A stretch of DNA of 64,000 nt from Phycisphaerae bacterium (GTDB lineage: Bacteria; Planctomycetota; Phycisphaerae; UBA1845; Fen-1342): contig JASFQK010000005.1 in NCBI GenBank assembly GCA_050115495.1, positions 64,001 through 128,000 of the forward strand, in the 5' to 3' direction. The position numbers and the translations under genes were made by a program. Positions 25,293-34,773 of the stretch are shown one piece after another; position 1 is the first letter of the stretch, and each line of letters starts with the position of its first letter. Under the pieces are notes generated by a model, which made no database searches, was not told the DNA's origin, and was given only the letters and a program-made list of their open reading frames with translations.

Positions 25293-26942
25293 TTATTGGC
25301 CGGACCCTTCGCCGCCGACCGGGGCTTGGAACGTGGCCAGACCCAGCCGCTCGAGCGCCAGAAACGGGATGATTGTATTGCGGCCGTTGTACAGTTTTCG
25401 GAACTGGGTCTTCGGCATGATGCCGTAGTAGGCCATGTAGTGGTCATCATACAACGTATAACGGCCGGCGAGCTTGCACATCGCCCGATAAAACGGATTC
25501 GTGTACAGCCCGTGCTGCACCGCCCAATTGAGCCACCGCTTGACTAATGTCGGCTTGGCCTCCATCGGGTGCGTCTCCGCGGCTCCCGGTCGGCGGGACC
25601 ACATCTCCTGGGCGTGCGCCTCGTACAACAGTTCACGATCGGGGCTGTAGGTGCGGTAGACGACGGGAACGCGACTCCAAAAATCGAGAAGCTCCAGGTC
25701 CATCAGCGGCAGCCACCAGTCGTACCCCCAGAACTCGTAAACGCGCACGGCGTTGATGTTCAGCTTGGTGTTACGCTCCTGCCAGACCCACTTCTCGTAA
25801 GCGCGCTCCACCTCTTCAAACGTGTCCAGGCGCGGGGCTTCGCAGCAGGCCAGGACACGCTCCACGAGCTGCGGACGCAGGCGTTTCGCCCGAGCGTCCC
25901 AATCCGTCAGGCGGTAGTGCATGCCCACGATCGCCTCGGCGAGGACGTGCGCTCCGCTCTGCCCGGGCAGGAGCTTCAGGTAGCGGCTGCGCAATCTCGT
26001 GCCGGCGTGTCCGGGAACGAAAATCGTGTCGTCCGGCAACGTGCCGCGACGCTTCAACTCCCACACCGCCGGCCAATCCTGGAGGTGTTGCAGCGAGCTC
26101 ATCCGATCCGTGTACCGGTAGTACGCCTCGCGCTCCGGGCTGTGGAACCAGCGCCCCCAGGCCTCGTTGCTGTACGGCACGAAATGCCACGGGATGCCCA
26201 GCGACTCGGCGATCTGGCGGCTGACCTCCGACTCCTGGTTGCCCGGCTTGCCGTAGCTGAAGGCCATCACGCGGTCGTAACCGAGCCGGTTCAGCATGAG
26301 GCAGATCGACCGTGAATCCAGCCCGGCGCTGAGCGGCACACACACGTATCGCCCGTTCGCCCAAGTCAGCATCCGCTGCACGGCCTGCTCGAGGACTTCC
26401 TCGTGCAGCCGCTTCAGTTCCGCCTCCGTGGCGTCGAGTGGGTTTTCGTACAGCCGGCGGTAGTACCGGGCCATCCGGACGGTCACGCCCTGGTCGCTCG
26501 TCGCGAGGAGCAGGGTCTCGCCAGCCTGGAGGTTCTTGACGTTCGGGTAGAGCGTGTCCGGGCCAAGCACGTAGCCCACGAGCAGCAGTTCGGCGGCGGC
26601 CACTTCGTCGAAGGCTTTGTCGCCAACGCGGGCCCGCACCCACTCGGCATCATCGCTGATGTATACGCGGTCGGCGCATTGTCCGTAGAAGAGCGGGCAA
26701 CTGCGCGTGTGATCGACGGCCGCCCAGACTTCGCCCTCGCGCTCGACGATGACAGAGTGGAAGCCATTCAACCGTTTCAGGGTGGCCACGAAATCGTCCG
26801 CGGACTTCGTCGCCGCAAACACCTGCGGCAAGTCCGCCGCTTCCCGGGCACCATCCTTCCAGAATGCGCTGCCGCGAACGTGCGCGCCGCCTTCCGTCCG
26901 CCACAGGTGCGTGCTTCGGAGATGCACCTCGACGCCATTCAT
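25293..26942 (-). CDS. Asparagine synthetase-like ATP-dependent amide ligase lacking the N-terminal Cys
   Basis: VPLSAGLDSR PP-loop; AVDHTRSCPLFY; WQER; starts MNGVEV; ATG overlaps the wzx stop. Confidence 0.85.
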   Translation of the reverse strand: MNGVEVHLRSTHLWRTEGGAHVRGSAFWKDGAREAADLPQVFAATKSADDFVATLKRLNGFHSVIVEREGEVWAAVDHTRSCPLFYGQCADRVYISDDAEWVRARVGDKAFDEVAAAELLLVGYVLGPDTLYPNVKNLQAGETLLLATSDQGVTVRMARYYRRLYENPLDATEAELKRLHEEVLEQAVQRMLTWANGRYVCVPLSAGLDSRSICLMLNRLGYDRVMAFSYGKPGNQESEVSRQIAESLGIPWHFVPYSNEAWGRWFHSPEREAYYRYTDRMSSLQHLQDWPAVWELKRRGTLPDDTIFVPGHAGTRLRSRYLKLLPGQSGAHVLAEAIVGMHYRLTDWDARAKRLRPQLVERVLACCEAPRLDTFEEVERAYEKWVWQERNTKLNINAVRVYEFWGYDWWLPLMDLELLDFWSRVPVVYRTYSPDRELLYEAHAQEMWSRRPGAAETHPMEAKPTLVKRWLNWAVQHGLYTNPFYRAMCKLAGRYTLYDDHYMAYYGIMPKTQFRKLYNGRNTIIPFLALERLGLATFQAPVGGEGSGQ

Positions 26943-28408
26943 GCTCGCCGCTCCTTGCGCAATCGATGCGCCACGCCAACCGTGGCCCAGGTGCCGCTGA
27001 TCGCCAGGCCGACGGCGACCCAGATCGGCCCGCCCAGGAAGAGCTTGGCCGCCGCCGCCGGCAGAACGATGGGCAGCGTCGCCGCCAGGTTCCTGGCCAG
27101 GCGAACCAACCCCTCCCGCGGTTCGTTGCCGCTGATGCGCAGCAGCCACAGCATATACACGAACCACAGCGCCACGCTAACCGCGCCGAACAGCGCAATG
27201 GCCAGCAGCGGATCATCCCACAGACCGCCAACCAACAGGGCCCCGACCCGTCCCGCCAACAGGCACGCCTGGAAAATCAGGTCCCCCTGCTGCCGTTCGA
27301 GCACGTAGACCAGCGACGACAGCGGGGCCACCGTGAACACCACGAGCAGCCACGGACAGAGGAACTGGGCGTACACGCCCGCCATCATCCACTTCGGCCC
27401 GAACACGAGAGAGAAGACCTCCGGCGCGGTGATCATCAGCAGCGCCGCGTAGGGCGTACCGACGCCCGCCAGCCCGGTGAAGACGCGCAGCGTGATCCCC
27501 GCCGTCTGGCCCTGGCGGCTGGCCTCCGCGGCGTTGGAGAAGAACACCTGGCTGATCGCCTGGCCGATGAAGTTGAGCGGCGTCCACAACACCTGACTGG
27601 TCAGCACGTACAGCCCCACCGGGGCGGTGCCGAAGAACGCCGACAACAGCATGACCGGCAACTGCGCGCTGCACGTGTTCAGCAGGGCGGACCACGACGT
27701 GAACATCGGGAAGCGGCGATAACGCCGGGCTTCCTCCAGCACACGGGGCACCGAAACCTGCTTCAAACAGGCGAAATGGTCTCTCCAGAAAATACGGATC
27801 AGGGCGGCACCGCCCCCACCCCAGCGAACCACGTGCCCGAGCAGCAGCCCGAGCGGCCCGAGATACAGCAACCCCAGGCCGATCTGCGTGGTAACGGCCC
27901 CTACAGCCTGTGACAGCTTGCTTTGCGCAATCGCCGCGAAGGCCTTCTTGCGGACGCTCCAGAGCTGGAACGCCCCGTAGATACCTCCGACCAGCGTGTT
28001 GAAGGGCACGAGCCACAAGTACGGCCGCAGACGTGGAGCATCGAGCCACAACAGGACAACGTCCCCGAGCACCCACAGGACCACGGCGATCAGCGTGCTC
28101 ATGCCCACGACCAACGCCAGCACCAGCGCCAGCACGTTCGCGGCGCTGCCGTCCTCCTCCGGCGCCGGGATCGCCGACTCGTAACGCCAACTGATGACCA
28201 CCAGCCCCATCGATACCAGTGAGATGTACACGCCCAACACGCCGAAGTCGGGCGGCAGATACAGACGCGTGATGATCGGCGAGGCCGCCAGCACGAGCGC
28301 ATAGCCGACGCCGGTGCCGCCACCCACGACGGCCACGCTCCGAGCGAACGGCCCCATCGGCACGACGCGCTCGACGAGGCTCCAGAGCTTGCGCAGCCAT
28401 GCGGTCAT
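26939..28408 (-). CDS. Oligosaccharide flippase (Wzx)
   Basis: SPIITRLYLPPDFG, RYESAI, YRRFP motifs; many TM helices. Confidence 0.9.
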   Translation of the reverse strand: MTAWLRKLWSLVERVVPMGPFARSVAVVGGGTGVGYALVLAASPIITRLYLPPDFGVLGVYISLVSMGLVVISWRYESAIPAPEEDGSAANVLALVLALVVGMSTLIAVVLWVLGDVVLLWLDAPRLRPYLWLVPFNTLVGGIYGAFQLWSVRKKAFAAIAQSKLSQAVGAVTTQIGLGLLYLGPLGLLLGHVVRWGGGGAALIRIFWRDHFACLKQVSVPRVLEEARRYRRFPMFTSWSALLNTCSAQLPVMLLSAFFGTAPVGLYVLTSQVLWTPLNFIGQAISQVFFSNAAEASRQGQTAGITLRVFTGLAGVGTPYAALLMITAPEVFSLVFGPKWMMAGVYAQFLCPWLLVVFTVAPLSSLVYVLERQQGDLIFQACLLAGRVGALLVGGLWDDPLLAIALFGAVSVALWFVYMLWLLRISGNEPREGLVRLARNLAATLPIVLPAAAAKLFLGGPIWVAVGLAISGTWATVGVAHRLRKERRA

Positions 28409-28597
28409 GCCGGTTACGAACAAACCTTTGCGCAGCACGGGTCTGGCCTCGTCCCCCGCCGGTGGCCACGAGGGCCACGACGGATCCAGAAGCCTGAAGA
28501 TCCTTCGGAAGAAGAACTTACGTCAACAGAGACGCAAACACGGAGAAGTCTATCACCTTTATCGGTCGTCCACACGGCGAGCCGCCAGCGCCCCGCG

Positions 28598-29674
28598 CTA
28601 ACCCTCACCCAGCAGCCTCCGGGCACGCTTGCGGCGAGCTTCGACCTTCGCCCGGTACAGCTCGTCGTGGCCCTGGGCGAGGAACTCGTCCGCCAAGCGG
28701 ATGACCTCGCGGGCTCGGGACGGATCCCGGTCGGCGCTGTCCAGGTACAGGTCCATCCGTCCCAGCAGGAAGTAGGGCCAGTCGGGGCGGAGCGCCTCGC
28801 CGTAGCGGAAGAGCGCCTCCGCCTCGTCGTTCCGTCTGAGCCGCTGCTGGCAGACCGCCGCGCGATAGACCGCGATCGTCTCGAGGTCCACGGGTCGTAG
28901 CGCCAGCACACGCGAGTAGCAGGTCAGGGCTCGTTCGGGGTCGCCGGCTCTATCCCACTCCTGTCCGCGCCGCATCTGATCCCAGGCGAGCACCTGCACG
29001 CCTGCCAGGATGATTACGGGGGTCGCCAGCACCAGGTTCCACAAATGTCTGATTCGAATTCGGGGCCAGACCAGAACCACGGCCGTCACGCCCAGAGCTC
29101 CGGTAACACAGGCCACCAGCAACGAGCTGCCGGCGACGGCCAGGCCTATGGCCGCCAAGCCCCCGACGACGGCCGCGTACTCGACCACCGTCCGGCGCGA
29201 GTAGCGGACCAGCGCCACGGCGAGTCCCACCGCCAGTACGGGCAGAAACAGCCGGCACTCCCACAGGAACCGGCGTTCGCCGGACACCTCGCCGAGTTGG
29301 AGCCAGTCGGGCCCGCGGATTTCGCCGCTGAGCGGCCACAGGTACGGTATCCCGCCGGCGAGGAGATCCAGCACGGTGTGCGAGGCAACCGCGGCGAAGG
29401 CGATCAGCAGGACCCGCCAGCGGTACTCGCGACAGACGAAGCGCAGGATGAGCAGCGTGGCCGTACCCGTGACCAGCAGCACCGGCAGCGCCGCCGGCGC
29501 TGAGTGTGGGAAGCGAAGGCCGGCGAGGCGGGCGAGCCATTCGAGCACATCGGGGAGGTAGGCCAGCAGGAAGATCGTCCCGAGCCATGAGGAAGACAGC
29601 GCGGGCCGTTGGGGATCGCCGGCAGTCGACACCCCAAGTGCCACCCCGACCAATCCGTGACCGAAATGGGGCAC
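28598..29674 (-). CDS. Membrane-bound metal-dependent hydrolase (YdjM-like) with C-terminal TPR
   Basis: HFGH, LPD, HS, SHTVLD, PYLWP motifs; C-terminal TPR-like helices. Confidence 0.7.
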   Translation of the reverse strand: MPHFGHGLVGVALGVSTAGDPQRPALSSSWLGTIFLLAYLPDVLEWLARLAGLRFPHSAPAALPVLLVTGTATLLILRFVCREYRWRVLLIAFAAVASHTVLDLLAGGIPYLWPLSGEIRGPDWLQLGEVSGERRFLWECRLFLPVLAVGLAVALVRYSRRTVVEYAAVVGGLAAIGLAVAGSSLLVACVTGALGVTAVVLVWPRIRIRHLWNLVLATPVIILAGVQVLAWDQMRRGQEWDRAGDPERALTCYSRVLALRPVDLETIAVYRAAVCQQRLRRNDEAEALFRYGEALRPDWPYFLLGRMDLYLDSADRDPSRAREVIRLADEFLAQGHDELYRAKVEARRKRARRLLGEG

Positions 29675-29779
29675 AACCGACCTTTCCGCGACGCCCGCCG
29701 CACTTCCGACCGTCCGGCGCCTCGGACGGCACCGGCGCGCGGGGAGTCTACCCGGTGACGGCAACACTGGCCAGCCGCG

Positions 29780-32158
29780 CTAGGCTCCCGGGGCCTCGGC
29801 TTCCACCTGCGCCCGCGGCAACGTGATGGTCACCGCGGTGCCGCGACCCGGCTCGCTCTGTATCTCGATCGTCCCCCCATGCTCGGCGACGATGCCGTGA
29901 CAGGTGCTCAGACCCAGGCCGGTGCCGCCCTTCTCCAGACGCGTCGTGTAGAACGGGTCGAAGGCCCGCTCGACGTCCTGCGCGCTCATGCCGCAGCCGT
30001 TGTCCCGCACGACGGACACGATGCCGGCGCCATCCGGCCGCGTCTCGACCATGACCTGCCCGCCGGGAACGCAGGCGTGCGCAGCGTTGTGGATCAGGTT
30101 GACGAAGACGAGCTCCAGCTCGGTGGCGTTGGCCATAATCGTCGGCAGCGCCTCGCCGAGTTGAACGGTGACGTCGACGTGGTGCTTGCGGGCGTACTCG
30201 CGCGTGGCATCGATGGCGTGGCCGATGATCCGGTTGACCTCTTCGGGCCACTTCTCCGGGCGCTGGTCTTTGGCAAAACGCAATACGCTCTTGACGATGC
30301 GCGCGCAGCGCAGGACGTTGGTCTTCATCTGGCTGAGCAAATCGCTGACCGCGGCCTGGTCGGCGGCGGATTCCATCGCCTCGTCCGCGTCCAGCAGGAT
30401 CATGCCCAACGGGTTGTTGATTTCGTGGGCGATGCCGGCGGCCAGCGTACCGATTGACGCCAGCCGCTCCGAGCGGCGCAGCTTCTCCTGGGCCTGCCGC
30501 CAGGCGGTGATGTCCCGCCCGATGAGCGTCAGGGCGACGATCCGACCCTCCTGGCGGAACGGCCCCACGTGCGTCGCGTACCGCAGCGGCTCGGCCGCGT
30601 CATCCGCCGCCGGAATCGCCATCTCATAGGTTTCGAACCGGCCGGTGCGGAACACCTCGTCGTGGCAGGCCTGCACGTGCGGGCGATCCGTCGGCGAGAT
30701 GTACTCGAAGAAGCTCCGTCCGATGAACTGCGCCGCCTCGCCGCCGCCGGGCGGACGGTTGGCGTAGCGCACCGTTCCGTCGGGATCGACGATGGCGACG
30801 AAGTCGGGGGCGGTGGCCACGAGCGAGCGCCAGCGTTCCTCTGAAGCGGCCAGCTCCTCGGTGCGCTGGCGGACGCGCTCTTCGAGGTCGTGGTGCGCGC
30901 GGCGCAGATCCTCGGCCGCCTGCTTACGGGCCGTGATATCCAGGGCGCTGAAGGTGACGCCGGCCGCGAGATTCTCCAGGTCCAGAGGCGTCGAGCTGAG
31001 CAGTACGTCGATGATCCGCCCATCCTTGCGCTGCCAACGTGTCTCCACCGTGCCCGTGCCGGCCGCGCGAATCTGGGCGTACTTCTCACGCCCGACGTAG
31101 TCGTAGTCCTCCCGCGTGGGGTAAAGGAAGCGGGCTTCCCGGCCGATGAGCTCGGCCCGCTCGTAGCCGACCATTTCGCACATGCGGTCGTTAACCCGCC
31201 GAACGATACGGTTGGCGACCAGGCCGATCCCCACGGGCGCCACGCGGAAGATGCCCTGGAGCGTCGCTTCGCGGTCACGCAGAGCCGCCTCAGCCCGGCG
31301 CACTTCAGTCACGTCGTGGCCGGTCCCGATCACGTACTCGACGCGGCCGGTCCGGTCCATAAGCGCGGCGTTCGACCACTCGATCAGTCGGCGTTCGCCA
31401 CCCCTGGTCACCCAGTGGTTCTCGTACCGGCTCGGCAGGCCCTGCTCGGCCAGATCGGCGAAGACACGCTGCACGGCCGCGCTCTCTTCCGGCAATAGCA
31501 GGTCCCACACGTACCGCCCTTGCATCTCGTCCGACCGATAGCCGCTACACTCCTCGCAGGCCCGGTTGAAGCTCACGATGCGCCCCTCGCGATCCAGGAC
31601 GATGACCAGCGCCCCCACGGTGCGCAGCACGGTCGTGCTGAAGTCCCGCTCGCGACGCAAGGCCTCCGCCGCTCGCCGGCGCTCCGTGACGTCCCGGCCC
31701 GTCACCACGATCAGCGACCGGTTGCTGATCCGCGCCGCCCGCATGCTGACCTCGACGTCGAAGCAGGTGCCGTCCATGCGCTGGCAACGCCATTCCAGAA
31801 ACTGCGGCTGACCGGCCAGCACCAGCGCGCAGCGCTCCTGCACGACCTGCGCGGAGGCTGAGCCATCCGGCTGGTACTCCGGCGCCAGCTCGGCGGGCGT
31901 CTTGCCCATGATCTGCTCGCGCGTCGCCCTAAACATCTCGAACAGGCGACAGTTGCCGTCGATGAGCCGCTCACCGTCGAGGATCAGAATGGCGTCGCTG
32001 GCCGAAACGAACAGCGCCCGGTAGAGGTCCTCGCGCAGGCGCAAGGCAGCCTCCATGTGCGGGACCGTGCCTTCCCCCCGTTCGAGCTCCATGACGCGGG
32101 CGCGCAACCGCTCCAGCTCACGCTCCAGCTCGCCGGAGACTTGCGGTGCATCGCTCAT
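29780..32158 (-). CDS. Cytoplasmic multi-PAS sensor histidine kinase
   Basis: Four PAS/PAC repeats; H-box AHEINNPL; N-box NLIHNA; DNGCG, FDPFYTT, GTGLGL. Confidence 0.93.
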   Translation of the reverse strand: MSDAPQVSGELERELERLRARVMELERGEGTVPHMEAALRLREDLYRALFVSASDAILILDGERLIDGNCRLFEMFRATREQIMGKTPAELAPEYQPDGSASAQVVQERCALVLAGQPQFLEWRCQRMDGTCFDVEVSMRAARISNRSLIVVTGRDVTERRRAAEALRRERDFSTTVLRTVGALVIVLDREGRIVSFNRACEECSGYRSDEMQGRYVWDLLLPEESAAVQRVFADLAEQGLPSRYENHWVTRGGERRLIEWSNAALMDRTGRVEYVIGTGHDVTEVRRAEAALRDREATLQGIFRVAPVGIGLVANRIVRRVNDRMCEMVGYERAELIGREARFLYPTREDYDYVGREKYAQIRAAGTGTVETRWQRKDGRIIDVLLSSTPLDLENLAAGVTFSALDITARKQAAEDLRRAHHDLEERVRQRTEELAASEERWRSLVATAPDFVAIVDPDGTVRYANRPPGGGEAAQFIGRSFFEYISPTDRPHVQACHDEVFRTGRFETYEMAIPAADDAAEPLRYATHVGPFRQEGRIVALTLIGRDITAWRQAQEKLRRSERLASIGTLAAGIAHEINNPLGMILLDADEAMESAADQAAVSDLLSQMKTNVLRCARIVKSVLRFAKDQRPEKWPEEVNRIIGHAIDATREYARKHHVDVTVQLGEALPTIMANATELELVFVNLIHNAAHACVPGGQVMVETRPDGAGIVSVVRDNGCGMSAQDVERAFDPFYTTRLEKGGTGLGLSTCHGIVAEHGGTIEIQSEPGRGTAVTITLPRAQVEAEAPGA

Positions 32159-32238
32159 GTCCAAGGTCCCGAAACGCCTGAACGTTGCAGCGTACGAGAT
32201 GAGACGGAACCACGCAACGCGCCCCGCGGCCGCACCCC

Positions 32239-32721
32239 TCAATGCCGCAGTTCTGCCGGCACGCGCGGCAACCAGCCCGCTGCCAGCGCCCCCCACAATC
32301 CAATCAGAATGGCCTCGGCCGCATCATGACGCAACGCGGTCGCCCGCGGCGCTCCGGACCAGGCAATCACCTGCCGGGCCAGGCGTCCCGCCGTCTCTTT
32401 CGCCTGGCGTCCGCCCCGCTGCTCGCGAGGATACAGCAGCACCTGCCGCCATTGCTCGGCGCTCACGCGCCACACGCCGATCTGCCGCCGCTGGGCCTCG
32501 TGTGCCCAGATCTCCGCCAGCGGTCCGCCCCCCTCCACAACCAACCGAACCAGCCCCGGAAACTCGTCCAGTAACTGCCGCGCAGCCCGGCGCAGGCGTA
32601 CGCTGTTGCCGAAGTTCCGCGAGCGGTAGGCGCGCAGCCGCCCGTCCTGGCCGTACCAGGCCAGACCCGTGCGCAACCCCACATCAACGGCCAGCAACAC
32701 GTGGATCTCCGGAGCGTCCAC
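32239..32721 (-). CDS. Hypothetical protein, RuvC/RNase H-like fold
   Basis: LLAVDVGLRTGLA, VVEG and HDAAEAILIG acidic motifs. Confidence 0.55.
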   Translation of the reverse strand: MDAPEIHVLLAVDVGLRTGLAWYGQDGRLRAYRSRNFGNSVRLRRAARQLLDEFPGLVRLVVEGGGPLAEIWAHEAQRRQIGVWRVSAEQWRQVLLYPREQRGGRQAKETAGRLARQVIAWSGAPRATALRHDAAEAILIGLWGALAAGWLPRVPAELRH

Positions 32722-32746
32722 CCGCCGGCGGACGCCATATCATAGC

Positions 32747-34015
32747 CTATTCGTGCCGGAGAGCGTCGATTGGGTGGATAATGGCCGCTTTGAAGGCCGG
32801 AATGATGCCGAAGAAGATGCCCACCGCAGCGCTGAAGCCCAGAGCCAGGGCCACCGACCAGGCGGGGACTTTCGATTCGACCATATTGGGGTGCAGCGTG
32901 GCCACGTGGATAACCGCGTAGCCCAGGGTGATGCCGATCGCTCCGCCGACCGTGCTGAGTACGACGGCCTCGGTCAGGAATTGCAGCAGGATGTCGCGCC
33001 GCCGGGCACCGACGCTTTTGCGCAGGCCGATCTCGCGTGTCCGCTCCGTCACCGACACCAACATCACGTTCATGATGCCGATGCCGCCCACCAGCAGCGA
33101 AATGCTCACGATGCCGGCCAGCACGCTGGTGGCGATGATCCGCACCGTGTGAAACTCATTGAGAATCTCGTCCTGCTTGAACACGCCGAAGTCGTTGCGG
33201 TCGCCCGCCTTCAGGCCGTGCCGCTGTCGCAGGATGCGGGCGATCTGATGCTCGGCCTCCGGGATCTGTGGTTCGCTCATGGCCTCGACGTAGAAGGCCA
33301 GGTAATCCCGCCGCTCCGGGTACATCTTCAGCCCGGTCGTCCAGGGGATGATGATCATCTCGTCCTGGTTCTCGCCCATGAAGCTGCCCTTCGATTCGAG
33401 CAGCCCGACGACCTGGAAGCGCTGGCTGTCGATGTGCACGAAGTCGCTCACGATGCTCTCGTCGCATTCGAGCTTGCGCAGTACCTCGCGACCTAGCACG
33501 CACACCGGCGACCCGCTCTCCACGTCCACCGCCCCGAAGAACCGCCCGGTGTCCACGTAAAAGTTGCGGATCGGTTGGAAGAACTCGCTCGTCGCCCGCA
33601 GATCCACACCGGTAAGCTGTTGCCGACCGTATTCGATGGTTGCCCGGGAAAAGACCAGCGGCGCCGTCCGCCGGACAGCCGATGCCCCAGCTTCCACCGC
33701 CTGGATGTCCTCGATGGTCAACTCCGCCGGCTTCAGGTACTCGCCGCGCGGGCCGCGCACCCACTCGGGGTATACGACCATCATGTTCGTGCCCAGCCCG
33801 CGCAGAAACGACGTCACGTACTCGCCGAACCCCTCCACCATCGACACCACCGTGATGATCGAGGTCACCGCGATGATGATCCCCAGCACCGTCAGCAGTG
33901 AGCGGGCCTTGTTCGCCCAGATCTGCACGAAGGCCGTGGCGACGTTCCGGCCGATCGACAGCATCATGCCGATGAGGAGACGCGGTCCGATGATCGGCAG
34001 CCGCAGCAGGATCAT
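32747..34015 (-). CDS. ABC transporter permease (MacB/FtsX family)
   Basis: RSLLTVLGIIIAV; VGGIGIMNVMLVSVTERTREIGLRKSVGA; PIDALRHE. Confidence 0.95.
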   Translation of the reverse strand: MILLRLPIIGPRLLIGMMLSIGRNVATAFVQIWANKARSLLTVLGIIIAVTSIITVVSMVEGFGEYVTSFLRGLGTNMMVVYPEWVRGPRGEYLKPAELTIEDIQAVEAGASAVRRTAPLVFSRATIEYGRQQLTGVDLRATSEFFQPIRNFYVDTGRFFGAVDVESGSPVCVLGREVLRKLECDESIVSDFVHIDSQRFQVVGLLESKGSFMGENQDEMIIIPWTTGLKMYPERRDYLAFYVEAMSEPQIPEAEHQIARILRQRHGLKAGDRNDFGVFKQDEILNEFHTVRIIATSVLAGIVSISLLVGGIGIMNVMLVSVTERTREIGLRKSVGARRRDILLQFLTEAVVLSTVGGAIGITLGYAVIHVATLHPNMVESKVPAWSVALALGFSAAVGIFFGIIPAFKAAIIHPIDALRHE

Positions 34016-34773
34016 GGGGCCTCCGCTGCACTGGGGGCCGCGGAGCCCGAGTCAGGTTCCGCCCGGTCCGGCTCACCCGTATCCGTCACGATCTGTCCGT
34101 CGCGCAGCTTGATGGTGCGCGTGCAGCGTTGGGCGATGTCCTCTTCGTGGGTGACGATGATGATGGTCTGCCCGTCGGCGTGCAGGCGATCGAAGACGGC
34201 CATGATCTCGTCGCCGGTGACGCTGTCGAGGTTGCCGGTGGGTTCGTCGGCGAGAATGATCGCCGGCTGCTGGGCGAGGGCCCGGGCGATGGCCACGCGC
34301 TGCTTCTGTCCGCCGGAAAGCTGGTTGGGGCGATGGTGGGCCCGGTCGAGCAGACCGACGCGTTCGAGCGCCTCCATCGCCCGCTGTCGCCGATGGCGGG
34401 CGCGGGTGTAGCTCAGCGGCAGCTCAACGTTCTTGAGGGCGGTCGTCCGCGGCAGCAGCTCGAACGACTGGAAAACGAAGCCGATCTGCCGGCCGCGAAT
34501 GCCGGCCAGCTTCGTCTGCGACAGGCGGGAGACGTCCTGGCCGCGTAGCCGGTACTCGCCGCTGGTAGGCACGTCGAGGCAGCCGAGGATGTTCAGCATG
34601 GTGCTCTTGCCGCTGCCCGAAGCGCCCATGATGGCGACGTACTCGTTCTCGTAGATCGACATGGTCGTTCCGCGCAGGGCGTGGACGAGCTCGGTGCCGA
34701 CGCGATAGGTCTTGTGCAGGTCGATGAGCTCAATCACCGGCGACGGATTGTCCGAGCGGCGCGGGGCGATCAT
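34012..34773 (-). CDS. ABC transporter ATP-binding protein (MacB/LolD type)
   Basis: GASGSGKST, LSGGQKQRVAIARA, ADEPTGNLD. Confidence 0.96.
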   Translation of the reverse strand: MIAPRRSDNPSPVIELIDLHKTYRVGTELVHALRGTTMSIYENEYVAIMGASGSGKSTMLNILGCLDVPTSGEYRLRGQDVSRLSQTKLAGIRGRQIGFVFQSFELLPRTTALKNVELPLSYTRARHRRQRAMEALERVGLLDRAHHRPNQLSGGQKQRVAIARALAQQPAIILADEPTGNLDSVTGDEIMAVFDRLHADGQTIIIVTHEEDIAQRCTRTIKLRDGQIVTDTGEPDRAEPDSGSAAPSAAEAP

